From positions 1 through 64,000 of the forward strand of contig JABANN010000053.1 of NCBI GenBank assembly GCA_013115125.1: DNA of 64,000 nucleotides, in the 5' to 3' direction. The notes beneath the pieces are model-generated. The model had not been told where the DNA came from and ran no database searches. It saw only the letters and a program-made list of their open reading frames with translations. The position numbers and the translations under genes are program-made. This document shows, piece after piece, positions 39,948 to 51,572 of the stretch (the first letter of the stretch is position 1; the number at the start of each line of letters is the position of its first letter). Source of the DNA: Perkinsus olseni. Taxonomy: Eukaryota.

Positions 39948-42170
39948 CTAAAGGAGACGGCGAGGATGCTCCGCTTGTCGGTTGGACCTCCGTCTGAGTG
40001 AGGCGGTATCTCGGCAGCATCCCTCGCTGGAGCTACAAGCGTGCTCAACTATGTTCGTCCAAATCGGGCAATGCTTGAATTGGCTTCTCCGATTCCGACC
40101 GATGATCTTGCTCATAGCCAACTGAGTGTCCAAACTTTTCGGTCCTCCTTCTAGCAGCCCGAGAAGAAGTGTATCATCTCTCGAGGGGCTCCGGCAAACG
40201 AACACAGGGGCGCGGTCGGGTGTTGGGCAAGATACCGCGATGCCGAGTCTGAGGTAGCAGGCCTTGGGCTGTCGAGACCGAATGCCCCGTCGAGACCTTT
40301 GGAGCCACTCATCCGAATGGTTCAAGTCGACCAGCACAAGGCCTGGTTCTTCCCCCGCTACGCTCGACGCTCCCGCCTCGCCTGAGAAGCTCGCTGTAGT
40401 CGAGGCCAGGAGATTCTCCGCATTCTCAACCTGCATAGACGTTTGCGCATGAAAGAGGCCTATGTTGTATACGAAGACGAAGCCTCGCCTACCAGCCCTA
40501 CTGACAGCGAGAGCGCTGCTACGAGGAACAAGCTATCTCACCTGTTGCATGAGCATCTGATGGACATCCTGCCCTTCTGCTCCAAGCTCATCAATGACCC
40601 TCGTCGCCAAGGAGCGGGACCTGGCCTAGAGGGGCCAACGCGTCGTCCTGCGAGAAGGCGGTGAGCCCTCACTCTCTGCGCAAGATTAGCGTCCTCGAGC
40701 TGCTGTATTCTGTGGCGCGCTGAGCGGACCTCCTTTTCGAGCAACAGACTCCGTGACTTCATATGACGAAGCTCCTCTCGGCACGACATCTAAGAAGTGT
40801 CATTGTCGACCACGCTGTGGTCACCACAGGCCCCAAGGCAGACCGCCAGCCACTCATCCCCACCAGCTCCTTCGAGAGCCGTTCATTCCGAGCTTTGAGG
40901 TCGGCGATCTGCTTCTGTTGGTTTAGAGAAGCCCTCACAGTGGCTCCAACGGGCGCTGATTGAGAATAAGCAATATGAGCTTTGGATAAGTTATGGATAA
41001 CGAGGCATGGCTGATCACAACTTGTGATTCACAAGATACATGTGACGAACGGTGTGGGAGGTGGAGGATATTGCGTTCCGCGATGGCAGTGGGGCCACTG
41101 GCCAGTCTTGAGAACCCGCACTGCATAAGGAATACCTCGATTGTCGACTCTAGGAGATCGGTTCCTGCTGCTGCTGGACATGCCGAGATTCGACGGTGAC
41201 GGTGACGGGCCGCGGCTGTTGCTTCCTGAAACTCGCGAAGGAGCCGTTCGGTTGGCAACGATCGAGCTGAAAAATGGCCCAATTCGCTATACCACAACTT
41301 GAACTGCGCGCAGTCAGCAACGAACTCGGCAAGCCAAATCGAGAAGAAGCTACCTATCATTCTCTTCTTCGTTGCAATGAGAATCTCGAGAGGATGCCCG
41401 TTGAACTGCAGATCTGGCGCTGTGTTCTGCCATACGACGTACGCGCCGTGCCTACAGCATTAATAATCGAACTCTCTATTAGAGAGTCTCTAAATTAACT
41501 GAGACATCGTTGAAGACACGAATCGGCTCACCAGCTCCTCGTCCATTGATGGAGGTCTCACGATTCGACTCTTTGGCTTTTGAGTTGACCGGGCCGCCTT
41601 TTCGACCTGTCAAGGATTCCAGGCGATCCAATAGCGACGGAAATAGGAGCAATGGGCAGATGACAGAGCAGACAACGGTCTCTAGCGGTTGTAATAGTCG
41701 GGACTCGGCCCACCTGCGAGCCTGATAACTCCGGCTCCGTTCTGGCGCCGGCCTTCTCGCGGCCGTCAGGAGCCAGCAGGGGTTGGCTCACCTAAGTGTG
41801 AGGTCTACAGCGTCGACAAGACCCACCGAGTAATGTAATCTCACCTGCCTGAATACCACGGGTTGAACCCCCAGCCTTATTGGTGGCGGAGTGAAGGAGC
41901 GGATGGTACTTGATCCAGCATGAAATAGCTGCTGAGCATCGTTGGTGAGCCTGATGCCTGTGGGGGTGAGGCTCCTCACACTCGCCCTGATGCAGGGACG
42001 GATGGAGGCCACTGCTCATGCAAGAGGAAACCCTCGCAAGTCAGTCTTCCCTGCTGACCCCGTTGACGAACGGGAACGCGCCCGCACTCACCCGATAGTG
42101 GGCTGTTGCAGTTGAGGGAGAGGCTGTGGGCCCGGGAAGGAGGGTGGCCGAGGCACGTACGAGGCTTCAC
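39948..42170 (-). CDS. Multi-exon hypothetical coiled-coil protein
   Basis: Heptad-like minus-strand segments ('REELRHMKSRSLLLEKEVRSARHRIQQLEDAN', 'QQKQIADLKARNERLSKEL') separated by short introns. Ends uncertain; may extend to ~43400. Confidence 0.4.
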
Positions 42171-43618
42171 TCAGATGCTGTGTAGCCTGCAGCTGTAACG
42201 TTGGGAACATCCTAGCGTAAAATTAAAACTAGATCAGGAAGCCTAAGGGTATGCCGCAATGAGTAACCAGCCTTAATTCGGATCCAGGAGTGAGACAATT
42301 TGTCTCAGACAAACCATTCGTACTGGACGGAACAAGAGGCCGCGAAGCAGCTTGGCATATACTTGATTGATCAGGGTCCGCTAGGTGCATCAAGATCGTA
42401 CTGAATCAGCAGTGCTGGACATCCCCAAGCAAAATCAGGAAACGGTTGACGCCACTCGACTGCGACTCAACTTCGCGACATCGTCAGCTGGACATCGTTT
42501 ATCATTCTGTTATCTTCCATCACTCGAGTAGCGTGGTTCTCCGATCCAATACACAACTGGGAGTTGCCCTTCAAGGAGGCTGAGTTGAGGTCTCACTAGC
42601 GAACGTGAAGCCCGATAGACATTTCAAACGTACGCTGCTGAGAGAGAAATTGAGCTAGCTTATGCTGCAGTCACGCAAGGCTCTATGCTGTAGTACGCGA
42701 AAGTGCGTATCAAGAGCATGGCTCCAGCGAGACCTGCGGACCACGGCCACCAGCCAGGCCGGCTCCGATCGTCAGTAAGCCGGGCGAGTAAAGCCTCTAT
42801 TGATGACCCGTGCCATCCTCCTCGGAATGGGACCTTGCCTCACAGCCATGACATTGAAACAATACCATCGCCCACTCCCTGACACAGATACTAAGTCTCA
42901 GGTTACAACGATAGTAGCAGGCGCACAAGAGAAGGACTGTAAGACATTACGATAACCCGTAGCTTAGCGAAGAAATCTGTCAGAGGGGATAAGAGCATAC
43001 TGACAACGCTGTTCTTCTGTGTTCGGAAGCAATTAATCGCTGTACAGCGCGAGACATGAGGATCGCGAGTTGTTACGGCCAAGACATCCTACTAACCATT
43101 GTAATCAGCGGCAATCGTGCCCCCACCACTTTAACACGAGCTCTTCTCATGCGGCGACGGCGCCGTGTTACGCGCTCGGTTCGAGTATTCCAACGCGTTA
43201 TCTCACTTCCAACACTCAAGTATTGCGATGCGCTGATGCTCCACCATGTTGCGTCGCCATAATAGTCTCCGTTCGCCACGAGCTCTTGCGTGGCGTCATA
43301 CTCGGACATAGCGGACGGAATGGACTTCAGCAAGATGACCTCACTCGGCCGGATAGGTGGCGAGCCTTGCTTTTCAGGCACGTACGAATCGCCCAAAAAA
43401 GGCGGGCTCTCTTGACTGCGCACGAGTAGGCATTTCCGTTGGAGACATCGTTGAAGGCGAAGCTACTAGTAACAGCCCCCTGGCTTCGGAAAGCTGAGAG
43501 CTGACATTTCGTTACTTCTAGGGGCCTTGTTCTTCTTCTCGTCTCCTCCTAGGAAGCAGCTCCTTGCTCTAATTCCGCAGTTGTTCTTCTTGCTGTACCC
43601 GGCAGCTCTCTTTCCGAA

Positions 43619-44791
43619 ATGGGCCCTCGTATCATCGCTTCGGGAATGTCTCTGGCTGTAGTAGTACGCGGTTGGAACCAAGACGTTCACTATGCTAGTG
43701 CTAAGCTAACAGAGGACCTTCTCGACGAAGGAGCGCTTGATGCTCTCCTTCAGAAGCGCGGTGACCTCACCTACTATATCAACTGGCCGGATGCGAATCA
43801 TCGTGCTGGGTCGATGTCAGGCGACCCTAATAGGTTCGGCTGGTCTCTATTCAGTCACTTCGTGAACTCCGGACCCGGAGAGCCCTACGACCCTGTGAAG
43901 GCTCGTGAAACGAGAATGGTCAACGAGAAGGGCGAGTCACGAGAGACCCCAAATGCCGTGAACTCGATGATACACTTTCACGATAAATTGCTGCACTATA
44001 AGAGCTTCGAACTACTGGATTATGTCAGCGAAAAGATGAAGGCAGCGGACAAGGCTTTGTATGACGCCCAACCTGTCGCCTTCTTGAAGAACACCGTGCT
44101 CGAGAGGTTCAAGCGCGAAGCCACGTACTCAATTTCCCACTACTTCCAAGATATACACAACCCCTTCCACTGTGCCGACGCTCATGATATGGGCGGCTTC
44201 AGGCATACTATGGTGTGCAGGTTTTGCGAAGACAAAGAGAAGAAAACAAACATCCATTCCGTGTGGGATGCTGATATGTTTGATCATGAACTGAGGGAGG
44301 CCTTCGAGTATGACTATGTCGATCAGATGGAGAGCTTCGAGTTAGACCGATATCCCTTCGGACAGAAACTTCACTCCATGGTGAAGAAGAGACACGAACG
44401 TCTCCGAGAAACTAATCCTGAGCAGTTGGAAGAATGGACTGCACAATGCAGTGGCGATTTCGGGCACTGCATCGACACCGCCGTCGGTGAGACAAGGAAA
44501 TTTTATGTCGATAATGAGAAGGAATTGTATGCCGGGGAGAAAGACGGTGTTGTCACTAAGGCGTATCTTGATAAGTATTTGGAGAAGGCGTTCGAGCAGT
44601 TGATTAAGGCAAGCGTCCGTCTAGCTGCGGCACTGAATAAAATGGCTAAGGACCTCAGTGAGACCAAAGGAGAAAAGCAACGAGACGATCAACCTGCGCC
44701 AACATCGCCCCCACCTAAAATAAGAGCCAACCGAAGCCCCGCGAGAGAACGTTCGAGAAGCCGTTCAAGATCTCCAGTAAAAGAGCATTGA
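43619..44791 (+). CDS. S1/P1 family nuclease; intronless, probable signal peptide, RS-rich C-terminal tail
   Basis: Hydrophobic leader, then W-NQDV-H (mature Trp1/His6), WPD, HFVN, H-YFQ-D-IHNPF-H, DMGG, NIH-SVW-D and 'ASVRLAAALN'. All nine expected zinc ligands of the S1/P1 family appear present. Confidence 0.88.
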   Translation: MGPRIIASGMSLAVVVRGWNQDVHYASAKLTEDLLDEGALDALLQKRGDLTYYINWPDANHRAGSMSGDPNRFGWSLFSHFVNSGPGEPYDPVKARETRMVNEKGESRETPNAVNSMIHFHDKLLHYKSFELLDYVSEKMKAADKALYDAQPVAFLKNTVLERFKREATYSISHYFQDIHNPFHCADAHDMGGFRHTMVCRFCEDKEKKTNIHSVWDADMFDHELREAFEYDYVDQMESFELDRYPFGQKLHSMVKKRHERLRETNPEQLEEWTAQCSGDFGHCIDTAVGETRKFYVDNEKELYAGEKDGVVTKAYLDKYLEKAFEQLIKASVRLAAALNKMAKDLSETKGEKQRDDQPAPTSPPPKIRANRSPARERSRSRSRSPVKEH

Positions 44792-45339
44792 AGATAGCGC
44801 ATCAGATGACTACGAGGAGTGAGGCTACCGAAGCAGACGATACAGACGTTATTTTCTACTAATGCTATTTTATATTTATCAAATGAAGCAAAACGTTGTA
44901 CAACCAATGCATATATCTTAATTCGACTACAACAAAAGCGCTGCCTGCCGCTTAGCCAGAAAAACATCCTTACCTACTAACGTGTATCAATGAAGGAGTT
45001 TATGATGAAAGTGTTATTGTTCACGGGGCCAACATTTGGGCCTCTTTTTGCACCCTTGCTGCCAATATATGTATCCTTACTGCGAGTTCCTCGCTCATGC
45101 AGCTCACGAAGAGTATATTCATCGAGCTGAAGTGTTTGTTGTTATGCTGATCATACCCTGACATGATGGTATCTTTTATCAATATGGATGTGTGCACTCA
45201 CTGTCAAGTCCCTGTGTGGTTGCGTTGATCGCTCCCAATGGCAAATACGCACTCACCTTCCCAGGCATCAAACTCTCTTTTCCGGTAGAATCGACTGGCG
45301 GGAATTATGCTGCACTGCTGGACGCCAAAAACAGTACAT

Positions 45340-45698
45340 GCGGAACCACAAGTAGCAGATGGCAGTTCTTCGAATAGATTCTGCCCAAATCCTGCGCGTC
45401 GAAATGACTCCGCGCCTCTGCAGTACGAGATTAGGGAAGATGATCTTACCTCCTTCGACTTCATAATCAGCCCCCGCCTTCTGACCTAGCACACTAACAG
45501 TAGCGCGGCCAGACTCGGCAAAGTCAACACTGAAGCTTTGCCCGTAGAGCCACCCAAACCCTCCTGAGGCGCTGCTGGTAGTACTCGAAGTTGCAGTTGC
45601 TTCAGTAGTAGCCACGGTGGTTGTGGCTGGTATGAGAGCGCTTCTAGGCACGCGGATCCTCCGTGACAACGGCTACACCAACGGAGATGTGAACGCAT
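45340..45698 (-). pseudogene. Frameshifted, internally deleted paralog of the secreted mucin-like gene at 51573-52523
   Basis: Near-identical block 'LYGQSFSVDFAESGRATVSVLGQKAGADYEVEGGKIIF'. The leader remnant 'VAVVTEDP' is out of frame with both the ATG and the downstream block. The Cys-rich domain and repeats are absent. Confidence 0.8.
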
Positions 45699-45849
45699 TG
45701 TCAAGGAAAGGAAACAAGCGGGAGAATGCATTGATTACTTTCAAGACAAGAGAGTCGCCATATTTAAATAAAGGCATCAATAGTTGTCGTTTGTAGCAAA
45801 TATCTGTTAGACGAGACATGCTTATGTACCAGTAACTGCATCTGATCCA

Positions 45850-47950
45850 TACAGTACAATACAATCGATGCTTGTTGTCTCGTCACCATCGAGAACCCGC
45901 GTCTCAAAACGCGACAACCGGTGCTATCATGTGACGTCAGAGGAACGAACAGTCGCTCTTGGGTCGCCGCCGATGAGAGGCACTCTCGATGAACGGCAGA
46001 AGCCTCCCGTTAGTGACACTCTGATTCTTCACTGTTGCAGCTGCCACTTGGGACTCCACGCGCTTTTGAGTCGCGATGGCGTTGTACTTGTCGAGAGCGT
46101 GGAGGGCATCACGAGCATGCTGAGACCAAGCCATGCATAGCTAGCATCAGCTACGACAACCATAAGTGCGTATCATTGCTCTTTAGCCCAGGCAATAGCC
46201 CCTCGTGAACAACGTTAATGAGGGAAACGAGCGGTAAAGTTTCGTCACCATGTCGGCAGCTTTCGCTTGATGTCGAACCTCTCGAGCCGAGCTAGCTGCC
46301 AACTGGCAGGCCTTGGAAGCAATGGCTTCAGGTGCTGTGGAGTAGTGTTGTTGAAGCGCGAGGCTGCTGGCCACCTCCTTCATGGCGAATCTGCAGTAAG
46401 AACACGGTGCTCTCTCCGTTCGGCTACATCTTTTCGCACCTTATACCACTCTTCGCGTAAATCGCTTGCAGCACCTTCTGTTCGATACCCTTAGCGCGGA
46501 GACCAATCTTCGCAAACTCAGCAGCGTGCCGGAGCGCCGTTTCAGCCTGAAAATTTTCCTCCACACTTCCACCGTCTCTCTCCCACTTTCTCGAGCTCTT
46601 TCTCCGGTATGCCGCTCTCAACGGCACTCTTCCTCGCATGCATCACGCTGTCAGCGATAGTGGCCTGCTCTGAGATCTTCGCCGCTGGCCTGTGTGCGAG
46701 GATCATTGCCTAAGAGTGACATGTTGGTAGCAATACTAGCTGCTCTCTTTATAGGAGTGACAATGATGAGCATCCTTACGTCCGCTGCTGCATGAGAGTG
46801 TTCAGCAGCTTGTGCTAAGTGTTGGCTGTGTATCAGTGTATTGAGCATTTGGCCGCCAGAGCCAGTTTCTCCCGCAATAGCTGAGAACGGATTGCACTGC
46901 ATGAGGATTCGCGCGTACACCCTTTTAGAGGGACGAATGAGATGGAACTGAGTACTATGACATCAGCGTCAGAGTCGTTGTGAAACGAAATGGAAGAAGC
47001 CAGAGGATGCCTACAATGGAGACTTTGCGACGAATCTTGGGCTCGAGTCAAGTTGGCAGCCACCGAGGATTCAGATATGGAGCCTCGGACCATGTGTAGC
47101 ATCTAAGGGCCACGACGAGCTCGACATACCGAGTTTATCAGATCCGAAAAGAAAGCTGCCAGGCCTGTCGGAGATCTCTAGTGAGGGAGCCTTGAAGACC
47201 CAGAGAATGTGGCTAAAGGCGGAGAAAGAGATACTCTAATATCATCCAGAGTGAAGATACTGCGTGAAGTGAGAAAGGATTTAACGGGGTGGGATGCTCA
47301 TAGCAGGTCGCACCCTGTCCGCCAAGCCTCGTGTCCGGTCCAACAAAGCGGTAATGGAGTTCAGTCGATCGGACTCGTAGTTCTTCACGTGGCTCAAATC
47401 GTCGGCGGCTCTGTTCGCGTCCCTGACTATAAACAACCATGCGGGAATTGATACAAGAGCAGTCCATCGAGACCTCATGAATGTCTTTGATGATAGCGCT
47501 AGTCCTTCTCGCGCATCACAGCGGCAGCGCTGAATGTGTACATCTCATGCAGGAGGCACGCGAGGATTTCAATTAATTCTGGCCAGCTTATTAAATAGAT
47601 TTATTCCACCGTGGAGACGATTTCACCTGTAAGTTGCAGACTTCTGTTTATGCCACTAGGATGCATGCCACTCTCGGCACGAGATGCGTCTTGTCGTGCT
47701 TGGAGGAGCTTATGTTCAACAACGCCGAACAGTTTGCATTTCGCTGAGAAAGGGACAGATCGCCCGCACATATACGATGCAACGACGGAGTAAGTGGAAC
47801 AGGACCTCAATCGACTAGCTACAGATCTACTGCTGCGAGCATCAGGAAGGCGCTTACTGGCCATATAAGAATCGAGCAGACGATGGAGTGTTCTCGCCAG
47901 AGCCTCTTCCTCGTTGGCAGCCGCTGCAGCACTGTCTGCTAGCTGAAGGC
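45850..47950 (-). CDS. Multi-exon hypothetical alpha-helical protein
   Basis: Ala/Glu-rich minus-strand segments ('AAANEEEALARTLHRLLDSY', 'RDANRAADDLSHVKNYESDRL', 'FQAETALRHAAEFAKIG', 'AWSQHARDALHALDKY') with short introns. Ends approximate. Confidence 0.4.
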
Positions 47951-48549
47951 TGTGTGACCCGGACTTGTAGGCGTGATGGCTGAATGCTCAGTAACGATAG
48001 GGGCCGAGATTCCGTACACTGATATCACATAGCACTAGCTCTGGCCGATGATGTTGATACCCAGGCAGCATCTCGGAACCCTACACCCTGTCCTAGGTCC
48101 TGCGGCCAAGGAGGGCTGTACTCGTCGAGAAGGAGTTATCAACGACTCACAGTGATATCAAAAGCTGAGCATTTATCGTCATGAGGCTGATGGTGCGCCA
48201 TGGGAAAACCGACGAACGCTGATGCGGACCCAACAGCAGAGTGCCGAGCTCGAGACGAACGCAACCGAGTGGGCGAGGGGCCAAACACAAGGAGGGCATC
48301 GGCTCAGGGTGCACCAGGGAGTACGGGATATCGGAAGCGCTAGTGAGCGAGTGCTTCTCCCGTCCAGACTTGTGATAATCCAAAGCTGGTCTCACTTTCT
48401 TCAATCACGCGGATCCCGTCCCACTCCTAGCGGCCACTCTTATGCAAGTAACGAGCAGTCTATTAACACGGGTAACGCAACAGGCATCATGAGAACGGGA
48501 GACGGAAACACAGAGCCTCATGCCACAGACGCTGCAGAAGTCGTAAGAA

Positions 48550-50453
48550 CTACTTTGGCAGATTATGAGGCGTCAAGGGATGGTAGGCCATAAGTCTATC
48601 CACAGCGGGGACTCTCGGCTCCTTATCGATCCTGTAAACTCCCCATCTGACGTGAGCAACAAGTCAGAAACCCGACGGCCACGACAAGCGAAGGAGAGCA
48701 TCTCCGTCGAACGACGCTCGTTGCTTACTTCACTTTCATCCGCTGAAGCTTCTTCTTGAGAGCTCTCTTTCGCCGTTCGTCGTACGCGTAGAGCAGCTGT
48801 CTGCGGTTCTGCTCAGCCTTCCCTTCACGCGACATCCGCTGGTGTATTTGATATGGCCCAGCCCAAACATACCTGTTGTGGCAATATTAAGATATCAGAG
48901 TGAAGTGACTTGTGAAGGCTCACGGTGGTAGGCCGGCCTCCAGCCTCATCATATTGTATCTTCGCCTCAGTAAAGCCAGCTCCCTCCCAAGTCGAGGCTC
49001 CAAACTCATAACACCTAAGCCGGTCTCACACATGCTGAGAACTCTCCGGCGTCTCGTTGTGGCTGTAAGATGACGGTAAACGATCACTTACCGAATTTCT
49101 GAGGGATGGCCTGCCACCGAACCTGGTATCCTTCTGAGTACATGTGACGCTTGTAGTACCACCATTGATACCTGCCGCGATGGTCCAAAACACGAGGGAG
49201 CGGTCAAGGGCATTGCTGAACACTCTGATGACCTGTAGTTCCTGTTTCGGGGCCGTCGGTCGAGTCTGTCACGTTCATAAGAGCCGATTGACTTCACCAC
49301 TCGGACATCGAGCAGCCGCGGAGAGTACCGAGGGAACTGCGAGGAATATCGAATCCTTCTCAGTAGCCAGGAGGAAGAGCTAAGCAGATAGATCACTCCA
49401 CTCAAGAGCCACGGCCATACCGTCCGGAGGCTCAGCGTAGAAGAGGAGAAGGAACATAGGCGGGCGGCACGGCTGCTACCGTCTGCTCTACTGTTATCCC
49501 GTCGTAGGAGTTCTTCAGCGTAAAAGTGCTATCTAGCAGCTTATTGGCTGTCCGGATGACGTAACCCTGACATCAGAGCCGACATCAATGCAAGGCGACT
49601 ACAATTGTCTTCCATCACACTAAGAAACCCCGGCTCTTATGATTCTTAGGGCGTCAAGGTTTGAAGAGTTTGGGATTTGGACGAGGCTCCTGGCGATTGG
49701 TTACTTTTTGGTGATACTATTATCACGGTCATTCTACTAACGACGTCTCTACTACTACAATATCCGGCAATTGAGAGCACCAAACCCCCTCATGCCTGGA
49801 AGGTCCCGAAAGTCTTCTTGCTCCGGCTGATCTCATAACGAACTTCCACTAGGTCTCCAAGGTTAATCCTTGGCATCTGATTGATACCAAAGCACGTCAT
49901 TCAGACTTTCACTGAGTCTTCCCAGTACAGTGAAGGTGCGCTTCTTTTTCATGTCATCAATCTCCTTCAACTTGAGATGCTCCATTAACGTCTTACAGTA
50001 CCTGTGAGCCAGTCATTATTGATGCTACCAAGAGCCCCACAGTCACTCAGGTGTGATAGGCTCCTGCTTGACATTGGGGGGCCAATTTTTAGAAGTCACG
50101 GGATTGTCGACTGTAAAAACTTTCTGTGAGGCTTCCGAAGGCCGGGCCCGAGCACCTACACACCGCCATACTACCAATACCAGGCTAACAGCATCATAGG
50201 CCGCCATTACGCATCTCCCTCACCGAACTGAGCAGACTGCACAGTCGATGCCGGCTGGGGGACTCTATTCGGATAAGCATAAGAACAACTGTCCAGCCTG
50301 CGACGCCCTCTCGAGCGAGCTAATATCGAATTACCCATATGCACGCGAGAGAGAAGCGTGCGTGAGCGTCGTCAGACGGAAGCAGTCATGTCTGCGCAGT
50401 TTGAACAAACGCCTTCTGGTTCCTGGCCCCGGTTCGATCCCCGCACCTTGCAT
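48550..50453 (-). CDS. MRPL19: Mitochondrial ribosomal protein bL19m with long N- and C-terminal extensions (~11 exons)
   Basis: The spliced core MPRINLGDLVEVRYEISRSKKTFGTFQ|GYVIRTANKLLDSTFTLKNSYDGITVEQT|FPRYSPRLLDVRVV matches the L19 pattern (GDxVxV, FxG, SxFTLxN, VE, YSPx(I/L)xxV). Downstream exons splice in frame to '...AYHPLTPHNLPK*'. The start codon is uncertain. Confidence 0.8.
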
Positions 50454-50654
50454 TTATGATTCTTACAAATAACTACATTTTTCCGAGTTCTTTCCGCTGC
50501 CCTCTACCGATGGCAGCAATGGCTCGAGTTTTCATCCGCCTCTTCCATCTTGCCCGTATGCTCTCTCATTTCAACGCTGATGTTGTCTTCGAACCCCACA
50601 CAGGCCCGCTCTAAACCAGGACCCCACTACTAGGATTGTCTCATCAGTGTTGTC

Positions 50655-51305
50655 ATGTCTGGCGAAGGCGTCTATAGCTCTGGGAGAAGATCAGCAATGT
50701 CTCCATCGATGGAGCGTCTCATTCGAGAAGAAAAAGCGAAGAAAAATAATGGGCGGCCGTATGAGCGAAGCTTGGGTAGTTCTCATCACCCCCTCCACGA
50801 CAGTCCTACTAGATCGCGGACTCCGGATGCGCGATTGGAAAGGAATGCTTCGGCGATGCTGACTGGTTCGGAGAAGGAAGCCCCAATTTTGGACACTCAA
50901 GTTTCTGAACTGGAGGCTCGATGCAGTGCAGTACAACGGCAGTTGAGATCAACAGCACAGAGCTTGACGGCGGTCTGTATGCTCTTCTACTGGCTTGTTA
51001 ACGAAGTGGCCTCCGGCGATAGCGGGCCTGCGTCGAAGGAGTCTTTGAGGAGTAGAGCGATAAAGATAATATTAGATTACGTTACACCAGTGAGACAGGC
51101 GAGCGAAGCTCTTTTGGATATGTGGAGCCACTTCTACTACAGAGGAGACTTGTCGCATCCCGACGCCAAGCAACAGAGTGAGGGACGTCAGCTCACGTCA
51201 GGAGGACATCAGCTAGCACCTACACCCAAGGTGAGTGCACACTCTGGTTTCTCTTAATTATGCGACCAGGCGAAGGGACTGGTCGCGTTTACGATTCATA
51301 ATTGA
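50655..51305 (+). CDS. Hypothetical protein with a short coiled coil
   Basis: 200-aa ORF ('QVSELEARCSAVQRQLRS') with a GTGAGT donor near 51231 and a probable short final exon. Head-to-head with bL19m. Confidence 0.5.
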
Positions 51306-51572
51306 AATACTAAGTCTTCAGTGGAGCCTATGAACTTGCTCCACTTCGTTGAGCCGTGTCGTTGATACCACTGGTGAGCAGCCCCATGACTGCAGGATAG
51401 CCTCTCATGCAACTCAACACCACCACTACGTTCTGCTGCGAGCCACAGATCCTATGCCACGGAATGCAAGCTAGTCACAATGAGAGCAAACACGTTAAGA
51501 AAAAAGAGACGTCAGAAACCCTAGAATAGGTCAGAAAAAGGCAGTGATGGAAGTGTAGTCTACACTTGAGAC

